From Candidatus Dojkabacteria bacterium (lineage in GTDB: Bacteria; Patescibacteriota; Dojkabacteria; SC72), in NCBI GenBank assembly GCA_040767225.1, contig JAXGOY010000005.1, forward strand, positions 749-64,748: DNA of 64,000 nt, in the 5' to 3' direction. The position numbers and the translations under genes are program-made. Position 1 is the stretch's first letter. Every line of letters begins with the position of its first letter. Positions 18,645-28,860 of this stretch are shown one piece after another. The notes beneath the pieces are model-generated. The model was not told the origin of the DNA and did no database searches. It saw only the letters and a list, made by a program, of their open reading frames with translations.

Positions 18645-20074
18645 AAAAGAGTTTGTTCAACTGCTTTTGCGATATTAATTATTGTTTGTTCATCAAATGA
18701 TCTCCCAATAAATTGAATTCCTGTTGGGAGATTATCTACTGTTCCATTAGGAATTGATATTGCGGGTAATCCTGCTTCTGAGCTTCCTTCTGCAAGAATA
18801 TCTGACATTTCACCAAAGAGCGGATTATCAGCATCACTATCTTTTAGTGCAATAGTAGGTGTTGTTGGTGATACTATACAATCATACTTCTTTAATATAT
18901 TGTCCAAATCCTCTTTTATCACTTCTCTTACCTGTTCTGATTTTCTAAAATATTCATCAGCATATCCAGCAGAAAGGGAGTAAGTACCTGTCATTACTCT
19001 TCTTTTAGGTTCTTGTCCAAACCCTTGCCCTCTTGTTGATTCATAGTATGCTACTACTGTTGATTTATCACTTCCCTCAAGTCCATATCTTGTACCATCA
19101 TATCTTGCCAGATTAGAAGAAACTTCACTTCTGCATGTAATTGTATATACAGACATAGCGTATTTAGGGTTAAGTACATTTATATATTCAACTTCTGCTC
19201 CTAATCTTTTTAAGATATCTACAGAAACGAGGAAACTATCCATTACCTCTTTTTGTATCTCCATATCTAAATACTCCTTAGGGATACATATCTTCATTCC
19301 TTTTATCTTTGAAATATCAATATTCTCATAATAGTTTAGAGCAGGGATATCATATGAAGAAAAATCATGTTTATCATATCCTGCAATTATTGATAAAAGA
19401 TATGCACTATCATTTACATCTTTAGTAATTGGTCCAGGGCAATCAAGAGAGGAGCCCATTGCAAGTACACCATATCTTGATACTCTCCCATATGTTGGTT
19501 TAAGACCCACTGTTCCACACCAGCTTGAAGGCTGACGAATAGAACCTGCTGTTTCTGTTCCAATAGAGCCTGCACACATATCTGCAGCAGTAGCAGCAGC
19601 AGAGCCTCCACTAGAACCGCCAGGAAGTCTTGTTAAATCATGGGGATTTCTTGTAGGACCATAATATGATGTTATTGTTGAAGAACCATGGCAAAATTGG
19701 TCTAAATTTGTTTTTCCAAGAATAATTGCACCTTCATTTAAAAGTTTTTGTGTTACAGTAGATTCATATACAGGAGTATATCCATCTAATATATGTGATG
19801 CAGCTGTTGTAAGAATTCCTTTTGTAGAGAATGCATCTTTTATTGCAAGAGGAATTCCTCCAAGCTTTTTATCTTTTTCTTTTTCAAAATTATCATCAAA
19901 ATACTTTGCCTTTTCTAATGCCTGTTGTGCACATACAGTAATATATGCATTTATGTCCTTATCTTTCTTTTCTATCTGTGAAAGATAATAGGAAGTAATC
20001 TCTTGTGATGAAATTTCTCTCTTTAAAAGTTTTTCTCTTATTTCCAGTATTGTTAAATTTTCTAAACTACTCAT
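18641..20074 (-). CDS. gatA: Asp/Glu-tRNA amidotransferase subunit A
   Basis: Amidase signature PGGSSGGS, GSIRQPS, SSNLARYDG. Confidence 0.96.
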   Translation of the reverse strand: MSSLENLTILEIREKLLKREISSQEITSYYLSQIEKKDKDINAYITVCAQQALEKAKYFDDNFEKEKDKKLGGIPLAIKDAFSTKGILTTAASHILDGYTPVYESTVTQKLLNEGAIILGKTNLDQFCHGSSTITSYYGPTRNPHDLTRLPGGSSGGSAAATAADMCAGSIGTETAGSIRQPSSWCGTVGLKPTYGRVSRYGVLAMGSSLDCPGPITKDVNDSAYLLSIIAGYDKHDFSSYDIPALNYYENIDISKIKGMKICIPKEYLDMEIQKEVMDSFLVSVDILKRLGAEVEYINVLNPKYAMSVYTITCRSEVSSNLARYDGTRYGLEGSDKSTVVAYYESTRGQGFGQEPKRRVMTGTYSLSAGYADEYFRKSEQVREVIKEDLDNILKKYDCIVSPTTPTIALKDSDADNPLFGEMSDILAEGSSEAGLPAISIPNGTVDNLPTGIQFIGRSFDEQTIINIAKAVEQTLF

Positions 20075-20089
20075 TACAAGCAAATTCTA

Positions 20090-21349
20090 TCAGAAATTAA
20101 TAAATGTTAAAACAATTACACTACAAATGGCAGCAAGAAGTGTACCACCTATTACCTGTTTAATTGAATGTCTTCTTAATTGTAACCTAGACCACCCTAT
20201 TAATGGAATTAAAGAAATTAGAAGATATGATTGAGGTATATTCCAAAGAAAAATGAGAAAAGAGACTGAGAGTGTAGCAAGTATCATATGAAAGCTAATC
20301 TTCCAGTAAAAAGTGATTAATGTTCCTAAGAGAAAAGTTAGATTAAGAGCAGTATATATTTGCAATAGCTGAGTGTTTCCTGCTCTAAATGATATATACA
20401 GAGAAATGAGGAAGAAAACTAAACATGTTAAAAATAGTTTAGGTCTTTCTTCTTTCTTGCTTACTGTTAAATCAGAAGTTATATCAAAAAGTTTAAATAA
20501 TACTACTAAAAGGATTGGAAGGATAAAGGTGAAGATAATTAATAGAAGCTGATGTTTAAGTGTGAGGTTGGTTTTAATAAAGATTGATGCAGATGTAAGA
20601 GCAATAAGTAAAACCATAACAGTTCTTGAAAAGAATTTTGCCAGTCTTGTTTTGTTCTTTGTCTGCTTCATAATAATTATTATACCTGTAAAAAGAAATA
20701 TAATGGATAGTAAGTTAGAGGTTTCTATTCCAAATATAAACTCTTTATCTATTCTTAGCATATTCATTCCTAGTCTTATAATTGCATAATTTACTAGATA
20801 TGCTCCTGTTATAATTCCTTTTGATTTTGTTTTTTTATGAAGGAGTAGGAGTATTACAAAGTTTATTATGTTTAATATTGATTCATACAGAAATACAGGA
20901 TGAAAGTGTGTGAAAGTAATATAGTTTGAGTCTCTGTACTCAATGGGGATAAATATTCCCCAAGGGAGATTAGTTGGTTTGCCATAAAGTTCATAGTTAA
21001 AGAAATTTCCTATTCTTCCTATTGCTTGCATTAAGGGCAGGGTAAGTGATATTGTATCTGATATTTCATAATATTTTATTCTTTTGTGTTTTGAGATAAA
21101 GAATATACAGAGAAGTATTCCTATTAAACCTCCATAAAATGCTAATCCTCCATCCCATATAGCAAAGGGATTAATAATTCCCATTTTTATTTCTTCAATA
21201 TTATGAAGAATAAACAAGAGCCTTGCACCGATAAGGGCAGAGATTAAGAGGAGAATTATATCTGTATATGTAATCTTTTTATTAATTTTTGTTATTAATT
21301 CTATACCTATAACTATCCCAATTCCTATTAGTAAACCATATATATTCAT
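20090..21349 (-). CDS. lgt: Prolipoprotein diacylglyceryl transferase fused to a PAP2-like membrane domain
   Basis: WDGGLAFYGG, GRIGNFFNYELYG, HPVFLYE; C-terminal KISFH and SRLQLRRHSIKQVIGG. Confidence 0.85.
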   Translation of the reverse strand: MNIYGLLIGIGIVIGIELITKINKKITYTDIILLLISALIGARLLFILHNIEEIKMGIINPFAIWDGGLAFYGGLIGILLCIFFISKHKRIKYYEISDTISLTLPLMQAIGRIGNFFNYELYGKPTNLPWGIFIPIEYRDSNYITFTHFHPVFLYESILNIINFVILLLLHKKTKSKGIITGAYLVNYAIIRLGMNMLRIDKEFIFGIETSNLLSIIFLFTGIIIIMKQTKNKTRLAKFFSRTVMVLLIALTSASIFIKTNLTLKHQLLLIIFTFILPILLVVLFKLFDITSDLTVSKKEERPKLFLTCLVFFLISLYISFRAGNTQLLQIYTALNLTFLLGTLITFYWKISFHMILATLSVSFLIFLWNIPQSYLLISLIPLIGWSRLQLRRHSIKQVIGGTLLAAICSVIVLTFINF

Positions 21350-21355
21350 ATCATA

Positions 21356-23560
21356 TTATATTAGTAGTGGAGATTTATTTCTATTAGTTATGACAATTAA
21401 CCTATGAAGAGCTCTTGTTATTGCAACATACAAAAGTCTTACAGATAACTCTGTATCAGGATATGTATTTGAATTAACATCAATAAGAATTACAGTATCA
21501 AATTCCAGACCTTTTGCATTTTCAATAGGAAGAACAAGTAAACCAGTTTTATAATCCTCTCGTGAGAAATCTACAATATCTTTCCCTAATATATTCTGAT
21601 ATTTAGCAATTTTCTCATAAACCTTTTGAGCATAATTTTTATCTGGGCAAATTAATGCACATGTCACACTACCTTTATTAAACTCTTCCCTTACTATTTC
21701 TATTAATTTAGAGATATTTTCTTTTGGTCCATCTAATAAAGTTTCATCATTTTCTATTGTCTTTATATCTTCCCCATGTCTAAGTACTGCCTCTGGTAAT
21801 TTGTATGTTTTAGGGAATTTATTTTTAAATATTTTATTTGCATAATCAATTATCTCAAGAGTAGTTCTGTAGCATCTGTTTAACTGATAATATGAATAAT
21901 CATCTCTGTTAAATCTTTTAAAAAGGTCTATTACACTATTCCAATCTTTAATGTAAAAGGGAGGAATTATTGATTGAGCAAGGTCTCCTGCAATTGTAAT
22001 ATTTTGATTCTTTGATATTTGAAGCAAAGTTAATATTTGTACTAAGCTTAAATCTTGTGCTTCATCAAGCATAATATACTCTTTTTGATGTTCTTTTTGA
22101 TCATGGATTTTAAAATGCAAATACACTATTGGAGCTAAGTCTTCCATTCTAAAAGTTTTCTTTTTCCCGTTTCTTACTGTTCCTTCTAATGTATATTTTG
22201 CAATAGTTCTATTAACATATCCCTTTTTAAACATACTTCTGTATACTTCAATAGGTTTTGTCATTCTATTAAAATACTGAGTTATTTCTTTCTTTTTCTT
22301 AATTTCTAAATCACTTTCTCGTGGTAGAGTTCCTATCATTTTTTCTTGGAATTTCTTTTGCATAAAAGAATACTCCATAGAAAGTGTTAAACGCTCATCC
22401 ATCGATAGTAATGGGTGAGTTTCTTTAAGTTCGTAATATCTTTCTCTAATAGTTGCTCTTCTTGAGTATGGGATATTATCAAGTAAGTCTGACTCAAATT
22501 CTTCAAAATATGAATCAAGTAGTTCAATAAACTGCTTTGATCCTTTATATTCTTTAATTTTTAAATCTTCTTCTCCTTGATATACCATATATGAATCATC
22601 CCATCCTAATATGTTTTTAGCCCAGAACATATATGTGTTTGTTTCTACATGTTCAATTCCAAGACTTGGTAAAACATCAGAGATATAGTCAAGAAATACT
22701 TTGTTTGGTCCTATTATTAATGTCTTCTCAGGATGTATTTTTTCTTTGTATGCATAGAATAGGTATGCAAGTCTATGAAGTAGTATTGTTGTTTTACCAC
22801 TTCCTGCAACTCCTTGTATAACTATTGGTTTATTTATTCCGTCTCTAATTATTTCATTTTGCTGTGCTTGTATTGTAGCAACGATATCTTTTAATTTTTG
22901 TCCAAGTCTTTCAGTAAGCTGAGCAAGTAAGAACTCATCAGCAGCAACATTTCCACTTTTAGCATCATATATGTGATTAAATCTTGCTTCTGAAATACTA
23001 AACTGTCTTTTTTGTATTAAATCTCCGCTTTTTATCCCACTAGGAGTTTCATACTGTAGATTATTTGCAGGTCCACTGTTTTCGTAGTAAATATTTGCAA
23101 CAGGGGATCTCCAGTCACTGATTAAAGGCTGATATGTATCTGGGTCCATTAGTGCAAACTTACCAATATATATTTGAAGGTCTTTTTGTATATCCCTTAT
23201 CTTTGTTCTAAATACTATTTTTCCAAAATACGGAGTATCTACTCTTATCAGTTCAATATTTATTCTTTCAACATACTCCATTATGCTTTTAAGTATTTTG
23301 TTATACACACCTACAGCATCTTTTCTAGAATCAAGATCTGTTTCCATTTGTATAATCTTTGCTTGTTCTTCCAGTTCTATTTCAAGGTCATGAAGTTTTT
23401 TAATAAGGTACTTACTGTTTTGTACATTTATTTCAGTTACCTTTTTAAGATGGGGATACTCCTCTTCTTCTACTTTGTTTTTAGGGATAACCTTTGAGAA
23501 GTCTCGTATACTATCTAACCTTGTATGTAAAGGGTTTAGATATTTTTCAAAGGTTTGCAT
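21356..23560 (-). CDS. HelD-like SF1 ATPase (RNA polymerase recycling factor family)
   Basis: PYFGKI, DWRSPVANIYY, IVATIQAQQ, GVAGSGKT, DEAQD, KGLEFD, YVAITRA. Confidence 0.85.
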   Translation of the reverse strand: MQTFEKYLNPLHTRLDSIRDFSKVIPKNKVEEEEYPHLKKVTEINVQNSKYLIKKLHDLEIELEEQAKIIQMETDLDSRKDAVGVYNKILKSIMEYVERINIELIRVDTPYFGKIVFRTKIRDIQKDLQIYIGKFALMDPDTYQPLISDWRSPVANIYYENSGPANNLQYETPSGIKSGDLIQKRQFSISEARFNHIYDAKSGNVAADEFLLAQLTERLGQKLKDIVATIQAQQNEIIRDGINKPIVIQGVAGSGKTTILLHRLAYLFYAYKEKIHPEKTLIIGPNKVFLDYISDVLPSLGIEHVETNTYMFWAKNILGWDDSYMVYQGEEDLKIKEYKGSKQFIELLDSYFEEFESDLLDNIPYSRRATIRERYYELKETHPLLSMDERLTLSMEYSFMQKKFQEKMIGTLPRESDLEIKKKKEITQYFNRMTKPIEVYRSMFKKGYVNRTIAKYTLEGTVRNGKKKTFRMEDLAPIVYLHFKIHDQKEHQKEYIMLDEAQDLSLVQILTLLQISKNQNITIAGDLAQSIIPPFYIKDWNSVIDLFKRFNRDDYSYYQLNRCYRTTLEIIDYANKIFKNKFPKTYKLPEAVLRHGEDIKTIENDETLLDGPKENISKLIEIVREEFNKGSVTCALICPDKNYAQKVYEKIAKYQNILGKDIVDFSREDYKTGLLVLPIENAKGLEFDTVILIDVNSNTYPDTELSVRLLYVAITRALHRLIVITNRNKSPLLI

Positions 23561-23658
23561 GCATATTTAATGCGAAGTTAAGCTTAGCATTCTACAACAT
23601 ATTAAATAGAATTGTCTAGTATTTTTTGAATTTAATTGATGATATATTATATTAATAT

Positions 23659-24183
23659 ATGAATACACAATTAAAAATACTTCTATACATACTTCTTGTA
23701 GCAGGACTTTTGTACTATATACAGAACAAATATCAGTTGTTTGAAATATCATTTGATAATACCAAAGAAGCTAAGAAAGAAGAGGTTAGTGAGAAAGAAA
23801 GTAAGAGGCAGGGTATTGAGATATTAAATAGTGAAGGGAGAAGAATATATGTTGAAGTAGAAGCTGCTGATACAGAGCAACTTCGTTCACAAGGTCTTTC
23901 AGGGAGAGAAGAGCTCGGAGATTATCAAGGTATGTTATTTCTTTTTGATGAGAAAGGAACATATTCATTTTGGATGAAGGATATGAATTTCCCTCTTGAT
24001 TTAATATATATTGATGAAACATATTATATAGTTGATATTATTGAAAACAAACAGCCATGTACACAGGAGGAGTGCAATAGCTTTGTTCCTTCTGCACCAT
24101 TTAAATATGTCCTAGAGGTTAAAGGAGGTTTTTGTGATATTAACAGGGTAGATATTGGAAATGCTGTGATATTTGATATATGA
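23659..24183 (+). CDS. DUF192 domain protein
   Basis: GLSGRE...GMLF...FWMKDMNFPLD...YVLEV. Confidence 0.88.
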   Translation: MNTQLKILLYILLVAGLLYYIQNKYQLFEISFDNTKEAKKEEVSEKESKRQGIEILNSEGRRIYVEVEAADTEQLRSQGLSGREELGDYQGMLFLFDEKGTYSFWMKDMNFPLDLIYIDETYYIVDIIENKQPCTQEECNSFVPSAPFKYVLEVKGGFCDINRVDIGNAVIFDI

Positions 24184-24213
24184 TTCTAAGAATTAACTTC
24201 AAAGATTGTACCC

Positions 24214-24843
24214 ATGATTCAAAGTATAATTGACTGGCTTGTAAATGCTATTTCTACTATTGGTTATCCTGGTGTCTTTATTTCAGTATTTCTTGAAAGT
24301 TTCTTTGCACCTATACCAAGTGAAATAATACTACCTTTTTCAGGTTTTGTTGCTTCAACTGGTAAAATGGATCTTGTTTTTGTAATTGTTATAGCAACAG
24401 TTGCTGCATATTTAGGTTCTCTCCCTTTTTACTTCATTGGTAAGTGGGGTGAGAAGCCTGTTATTAACTTCATTAATAAATATGGTAAGTACCTTTTTAT
24501 TCAACAAAAGGATGTAGATAAAGTGTTTGGAGCATTTGATAAATATGGAAAAGGAGTTGTGTTTTTTGGAAGACTTATTCCTATGATACGAACCCTTATC
24601 TCATTTCCTGCTGGTGTTGCAAAGATGCAATTTGCGAGATTTAGTATGTATACACTACTTGGATCTTTAACATGGAATATACTTTTGACATATGCAGGGT
24701 ATCAACTTGGAGATCATTGGAGTGTTGTAAGTAAATGGATAGAAAAATATCAGAATGTGATACTTGTTTTAATAATTATTGCTGTTCTTCTATATATTAT
24801 CCGCAGAATTAAAAGCAGGAGGGGAGCTGGAGTAAAGAAGTGA
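24214..24843 (+). CDS. DedA family membrane protein
   Basis: LESFFAPIPSEIILPFSG, GRLIPMIRTLISFPAG. Confidence 0.92.
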   Translation: MIQSIIDWLVNAISTIGYPGVFISVFLESFFAPIPSEIILPFSGFVASTGKMDLVFVIVIATVAAYLGSLPFYFIGKWGEKPVINFINKYGKYLFIQQKDVDKVFGAFDKYGKGVVFFGRLIPMIRTLISFPAGVAKMQFARFSMYTLLGSLTWNILLTYAGYQLGDHWSVVSKWIEKYQNVILVLIIIAVLLYIIRRIKSRRGAGVKK

Positions 24844-26355
24844 TGTTCCTGTCATTTCACTTGGTATTGGTATCCCCATAATATCAAGTACTGTTGGGGC
24901 AATATCTTTTAGTGCTCCATATTTTAATTTGTTTGTAAATGTTGGTAATCCAGCAATCATTAATGGAACTGGATTAAAAGAGTGCTCTGTATCTATCTCA
25001 TTTGTATCGATATTTATTAATTCCTCAGCATTTCCATGATCTGCAGTAATTATTACTACACCATCTCTGGCTGTAAACTCTTTTACTAACCTGTTTACAC
25101 AGTAATCTACTGTTGATACGGCTTTAATTGTTGCAGAAATATTCCCTGTATGTCCTACCATATCAGGATTAGCGAAATTAACTAAGAGAAAGTCATATAT
25201 GTTTTTTTGAATTCTATCTATAAGAATTTCTGTTACTTTAATAGCACTCATTTCAGGTTGAAGATCATATGTGGGAACGGATGGAGAAGGGACCTCAATT
25301 CTATCTTCTCCAGGATATTTAATTTCTACTCCTCCGTTGAAGAAGTATGTAACATGAGGAAACTTTTCTGATTCAGCTATTCTAAGCTGTCTGTAACCAT
25401 ATGATGAGAAAATATTTCCAATGGGCAAATTTATATACTGCTTAGGAAATATTACTTTCTTGGGAAATCTCTTTTTGTACTCTACCATTCCTGCAAAAAA
25501 TATGGGGTATATATTTTGTCTAGGGAATTTGTCAAAGTTTTCTTCATACAAGGCTTCTGATAGCTGTAATGCTCTATCGGGTCTGAAATTTAAGAAAAGA
25601 ACAACATCTCCTTTTCTAATATTACTGTTCTTTACAAGCACGGTAGGGGGAATATACTCATCTGAAATGTTGTGAGAGTATGCATTTTGTAAACAATTAA
25701 CATATGAATTACACTCTTGTCCAATATTTGATACAAGTAAGTCATATGCTTTTTTTGTTCTATCCCACAGTTTATTTCTATCCATTGCCCATGCTCTGCC
25801 GCATAGTGTTGCAATTTGTCCTATACCATTTGTTTCTATGCACTTTTGAATAATGTTAAGATTTCTAATTCCATCATTAACAGGAGAATCTCTTCCATCT
25901 GTAAAAGCATGTATAAACAGGTCTCCTTGAAAATTTCGTTTTGAGAAAAACTCAATAGTTGCTGTGATATGTCCTATATCAGCATGTACACCTCCCTGAC
26001 TTGCTAAACCGAGTATATGTATCCTAGATTTGTTTTTATTTGCAAAATCTAGTGCTTCTTTTAATATGTTATTGTTAAAATACAGACCTCTTTCAATTGA
26101 TTTGTTAATTCTTGGAAGTGTTTGAAGTACTACTCTTCCTCCCCCTATATTCATATGTCCTACCTCGCTGTTTCCTTTTGCACTCTTAGGGAGTCCTACA
26201 GCCTCACCAGAGGCCAGTAAGTATGTATGTGGTGTAGTTGTCCATAATGATGAAAGATTCTGAGGATTAGCAAGTACTACAGCATTTCCTTTGCCAGTAG
26301 GTGCAGCTCCAAGTCCATCCATTATTATTAGTAGTACCTTTTTTCTTTCTTCCAT
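24790..26355 (-). CDS. gpmI: 2,3-bisphosphoglycerate-independent phosphoglycerate mutase
   Basis: GNSEVGH, TDGRD, NPDMVGHTG, TADHGN. Confidence 0.96.
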   Translation of the reverse strand: MEERKKVLLIIMDGLGAAPTGKGNAVVLANPQNLSSLWTTTPHTYLLASGEAVGLPKSAKGNSEVGHMNIGGGRVVLQTLPRINKSIERGLYFNNNILKEALDFANKNKSRIHILGLASQGGVHADIGHITATIEFFSKRNFQGDLFIHAFTDGRDSPVNDGIRNLNIIQKCIETNGIGQIATLCGRAWAMDRNKLWDRTKKAYDLLVSNIGQECNSYVNCLQNAYSHNISDEYIPPTVLVKNSNIRKGDVVLFLNFRPDRALQLSEALYEENFDKFPRQNIYPIFFAGMVEYKKRFPKKVIFPKQYINLPIGNIFSSYGYRQLRIAESEKFPHVTYFFNGGVEIKYPGEDRIEVPSPSVPTYDLQPEMSAIKVTEILIDRIQKNIYDFLLVNFANPDMVGHTGNISATIKAVSTVDYCVNRLVKEFTARDGVVIITADHGNAEELINIDTNEIDTEHSFNPVPLMIAGLPTFTNKLKYGALKDIAPTVLDIMGIPIPSEMTGTSLLYSSSPPAFNSADNI

Positions 26356-26442
26356 GGCAGTTTTATATATATTCTGGCATAATTTATTATTTTATTCTAT
26401 AATACCATTCAGAATTAGTTAAATATTTTACATTATACTACT

Positions 26443-26862
26443 ATGAATAGCGAGATATTAGAAAAAGTTGAGAAAGATCAATACAAAAAGAGACCTGATG
26501 TAAGAGTCGGAGATACTGTTAAGATGTATTTAAAAATTAAAGAGGGGAACAAAGAGAGAGTACAGGTGTTTCAGGGTGTTGCTATTGGTATTAAAGGAAG
26601 TGGATTATCAAAGACTGTAACTGTAAGAAAAATATCGTATGGAGTAGGTGTAGAAAAGATAATTCCTTTGTATGCAAGCACATTACAGAAAATTGAGATT
26701 GTAAAAAGAGGTAAAGCTAGAAGATCAAAGCTTTACTATTTAAGAAATCGTGTCGGAAGAAAGGCACTTAAAGTTGCAAAAAGCGAGGGTATGTATGAAA
26801 CTGATGAAGTAGAAGTACCTGTTGAAGGTGAGAAGGAAGATACAGAAATAACAGAGGAGTAA
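26443..26862 (+). CDS. rplS: 50S ribosomal protein L19
   Basis: [24 protein letters not shown]. Confidence 0.96.
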   Translation: MNSEILEKVEKDQYKKRPDVRVGDTVKMYLKIKEGNKERVQVFQGVAIGIKGSGLSKTVTVRKISYGVGVEKIIPLYASTLQKIEIVKRGKARRSKLYYLRNRVGRKALKVAKSEGMYETDEVEVPVEGEKEDTEITEE

Positions 26863-26872
26863 TGCTTACTGT

Positions 26873-26945
26873 GCGGGAGTAGTTCAATGGTTAGAATGTC
26901 TGTTTTCCAAACAGAGGGTTGCGGGTTCGAGCCCCGTCTCCCGCT
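26873..26945 (+). tRNA. tRNA-Gly(TCC)
   Basis: GCGGGAG...CTCCCGC-T; anticodon arm TCTGT-TTTCCAA-ACAGA. Confidence 0.95.
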
Positions 26946-26982
26946 TTGCTGATTTTTCCAATTGTTTACGGTATAATCAAAT

Positions 26983-27534
26983 ATGCAAACAGGAGAAGAC
27001 TATTTCAAAGATACAACAGATGATTTTAGTTCAGGTGGAGGTTCTTCTCGCTCTATTAAACCTTCTAAGACAGATAGAACAGATGCTATTGAAAAGATCT
27101 TTATGGATGTACTTGGTAGAAAGCCAAGTAGTAGAGAGATGGCATATTACAAATACTCTCCTATTAAGGAAGATGATATTGTTGCAAAGTTAATTAGTTC
27201 AGATGAGCATAAAAAGATTATAGAGAGTGCACTTAAACTCCCTGGTGTTCAAGAAGAGCTTAAGAATGTAAGAATGTCAGAGAAAAAATTACAACAGCAG
27301 TTAGATGATATTAATGATGAAATAGGGGAGTACAAGAAACTGTTAAGTGAGAAAGACAAGCTTATTAATGAGCTTAGAGAAAAAGTAAATAATCCATATG
27401 ATTTCCCTACTCAAATACAAAAATATGAAGAGGGTTTTGATGTATACACACCAAAGGAGAGAAAAGTATCAGAGAGTAGTAAGAGTAAAACTTTTAAAGA
27501 AAAATTAATAGATTTAATTGATACACTGTTTTAG
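26983..27534 (+). CDS. Hypothetical coiled-coil protein
   Basis: 183-aa ORF with VLGRKP motif and heptad-rich region. Confidence 0.65.
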   Translation: MQTGEDYFKDTTDDFSSGGGSSRSIKPSKTDRTDAIEKIFMDVLGRKPSSREMAYYKYSPIKEDDIVAKLISSDEHKKIIESALKLPGVQEELKNVRMSEKKLQQQLDDINDEIGEYKKLLSEKDKLINELREKVNNPYDFPTQIQKYEEGFDVYTPKERKVSESSKSKTFKEKLIDLIDTLF

Positions 27535-27537
27535 TTT

Positions 27538-27846
27538 ATGCCTATTAAAGATTTTGGAACAAAACTTAAGAATGCAAGAATGAACAAAGGTATGTCTCAA
27601 AGAAGCCTTGGTCTTGCACTGGGATTATCAGATAAAACGATAAGCTCATATGAATCAGGAAGATCATATCCTAGTTTGGAAATACTGGAAAAGATGGCTG
27701 ATATACTTGATAAGCCAATTGAATATTTCATTTCTTCTTCAAAAGAAATTCAAATTAATCAAGATTTAGAAAATATTGATCAGCTCCTTAAATCTATTAC
27801 AAAAGAGATATCAGATATTAAAAAGATTCTTAATAAGGGGGAGTAA
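27538..27846 (+). CDS. XRE/Cro-C1 HTH transcriptional regulator
   Basis: LKNARMNKGMSQ..L...TISSYESGRSYPS. Confidence 0.9.
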   Translation: MPIKDFGTKLKNARMNKGMSQRSLGLALGLSDKTISSYESGRSYPSLEILEKMADILDKPIEYFISSSKEIQINQDLENIDQLLKSITKEISDIKKILNKGE

Positions 27847-28447
27847 GCCAGCTTTTAGCTTTTTTTGTTAATACATTTGCTCCTTTTTTAATAAGGAAGA
27901 ATAACAGTACAAATACACCAATAACCCCAACAATAAACAGAATTATGTATACAGTATACATTGTATCAACAGGCTGAACTGTTAATGATTTATCAATAAC
28001 CAACTTGTAATCTGCACTATTCGCTTTATTTGAATCAGTTTGCCAGGATATTACATTCACAGAAACTTCATATGATCCTGATTTCTGAGGTGTTAGAGAT
28101 GCTGAAAATGAATATGTTTGTCCTTTTGTAAGAGATACGAATTCACTGTGTTTTCTTTCTACATCAAATACAGCTGGGACATTCCATAGAATCTGGGTTT
28201 TTGAAGAATTAATCTTAGGTGTAACATACACTGTAAAAGGAATTGTTTTTGTTAATGGATTTTGTGTACCTCTTTTAAGTTCAAGTTCAAAATATTTATT
28301 TATACTTGTTGTACTATTTGTTTTTTCATCTTCTACCTGTGTTTTTTCTTCTACTGGTTCTACTGAGGTGTCATTTAACTGCTCTTGAGAAAAGACAGGA
28401 GATATTAACATTGTAAAAGTAAAGAGTGTAAGTAATATTTTTTTCAT
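27830..28447 (-). CDS. Exported Ig-like protein with C-terminal membrane anchor
   Basis: Signal peptide, beta-rich middle, C-terminal TM. Confidence 0.6.
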   Translation of the reverse strand: MKKILLTLFTFTMLISPVFSQEQLNDTSVEPVEEKTQVEDEKTNSTTSINKYFELELKRGTQNPLTKTIPFTVYVTPKINSSKTQILWNVPAVFDVERKHSEFVSLTKGQTYSFSASLTPQKSGSYEVSVNVISWQTDSNKANSADYKLVIDKSLTVQPVDTMYTVYIILFIVGVIGVFVLLFFLIKKGANVLTKKAKSWLTPPY

Positions 28448-28860
28448 TTTAATACATGTTTTATTCCTAATTTATATATTCTGTAAATTTCTTCTGCTTG
28501 AACTGAAGGAACATCTTCATCACTATGTACAATATTATTTCTTAGTTTATGAACATCCCAAAGTTGTTGATAGAGCTTTCTGTCAAATAGCTTTTTAGAA
28601 ATTTTTAAATTATCTCCACACTGCTTATCATTACCATACCTAATATTTAAAGACTTTGCTAATAGATTATCTAATTTTATTACAGCATCTCTTCTTGCAT
28701 AATCATCTGGGCTTTTAATTTGATTTTCAAGTTCACTCAATTTAGACAAAATGTCTTCTTTTTTCTTAACAGGGATTTTTTTACTGTTTATATATGCAAT
28801 TAAGAAAAGAAGAGCAACAAGCAGAAGAATTATTATTGTTATGACTGTTTGGTTATCCAT
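28444..28860 (-). CDS. Hypothetical membrane-anchored protein with HEPN-like RNxxxH motif
   Basis: N-terminal TM; HKLRNNIVH. Confidence 0.55.
   Translation of the reverse strand: MDNQTVITIIILLLVALLFLIAYINSKKIPVKKKEDILSKLSELENQIKSPDDYARRDAVIKLDNLLAKSLNIRYGNDKQCGDNLKISKKLFDRKLYQQLWDVHKLRNNIVHSDEDVPSVQAEEIYRIYKLGIKHVLK

Noticed and set aside
24790-24843. 54-nt convergent overlap of dedA and gpmI
   Set aside because: Tail-to-tail overlaps are common in compact genomes and there is no sign of additional function.
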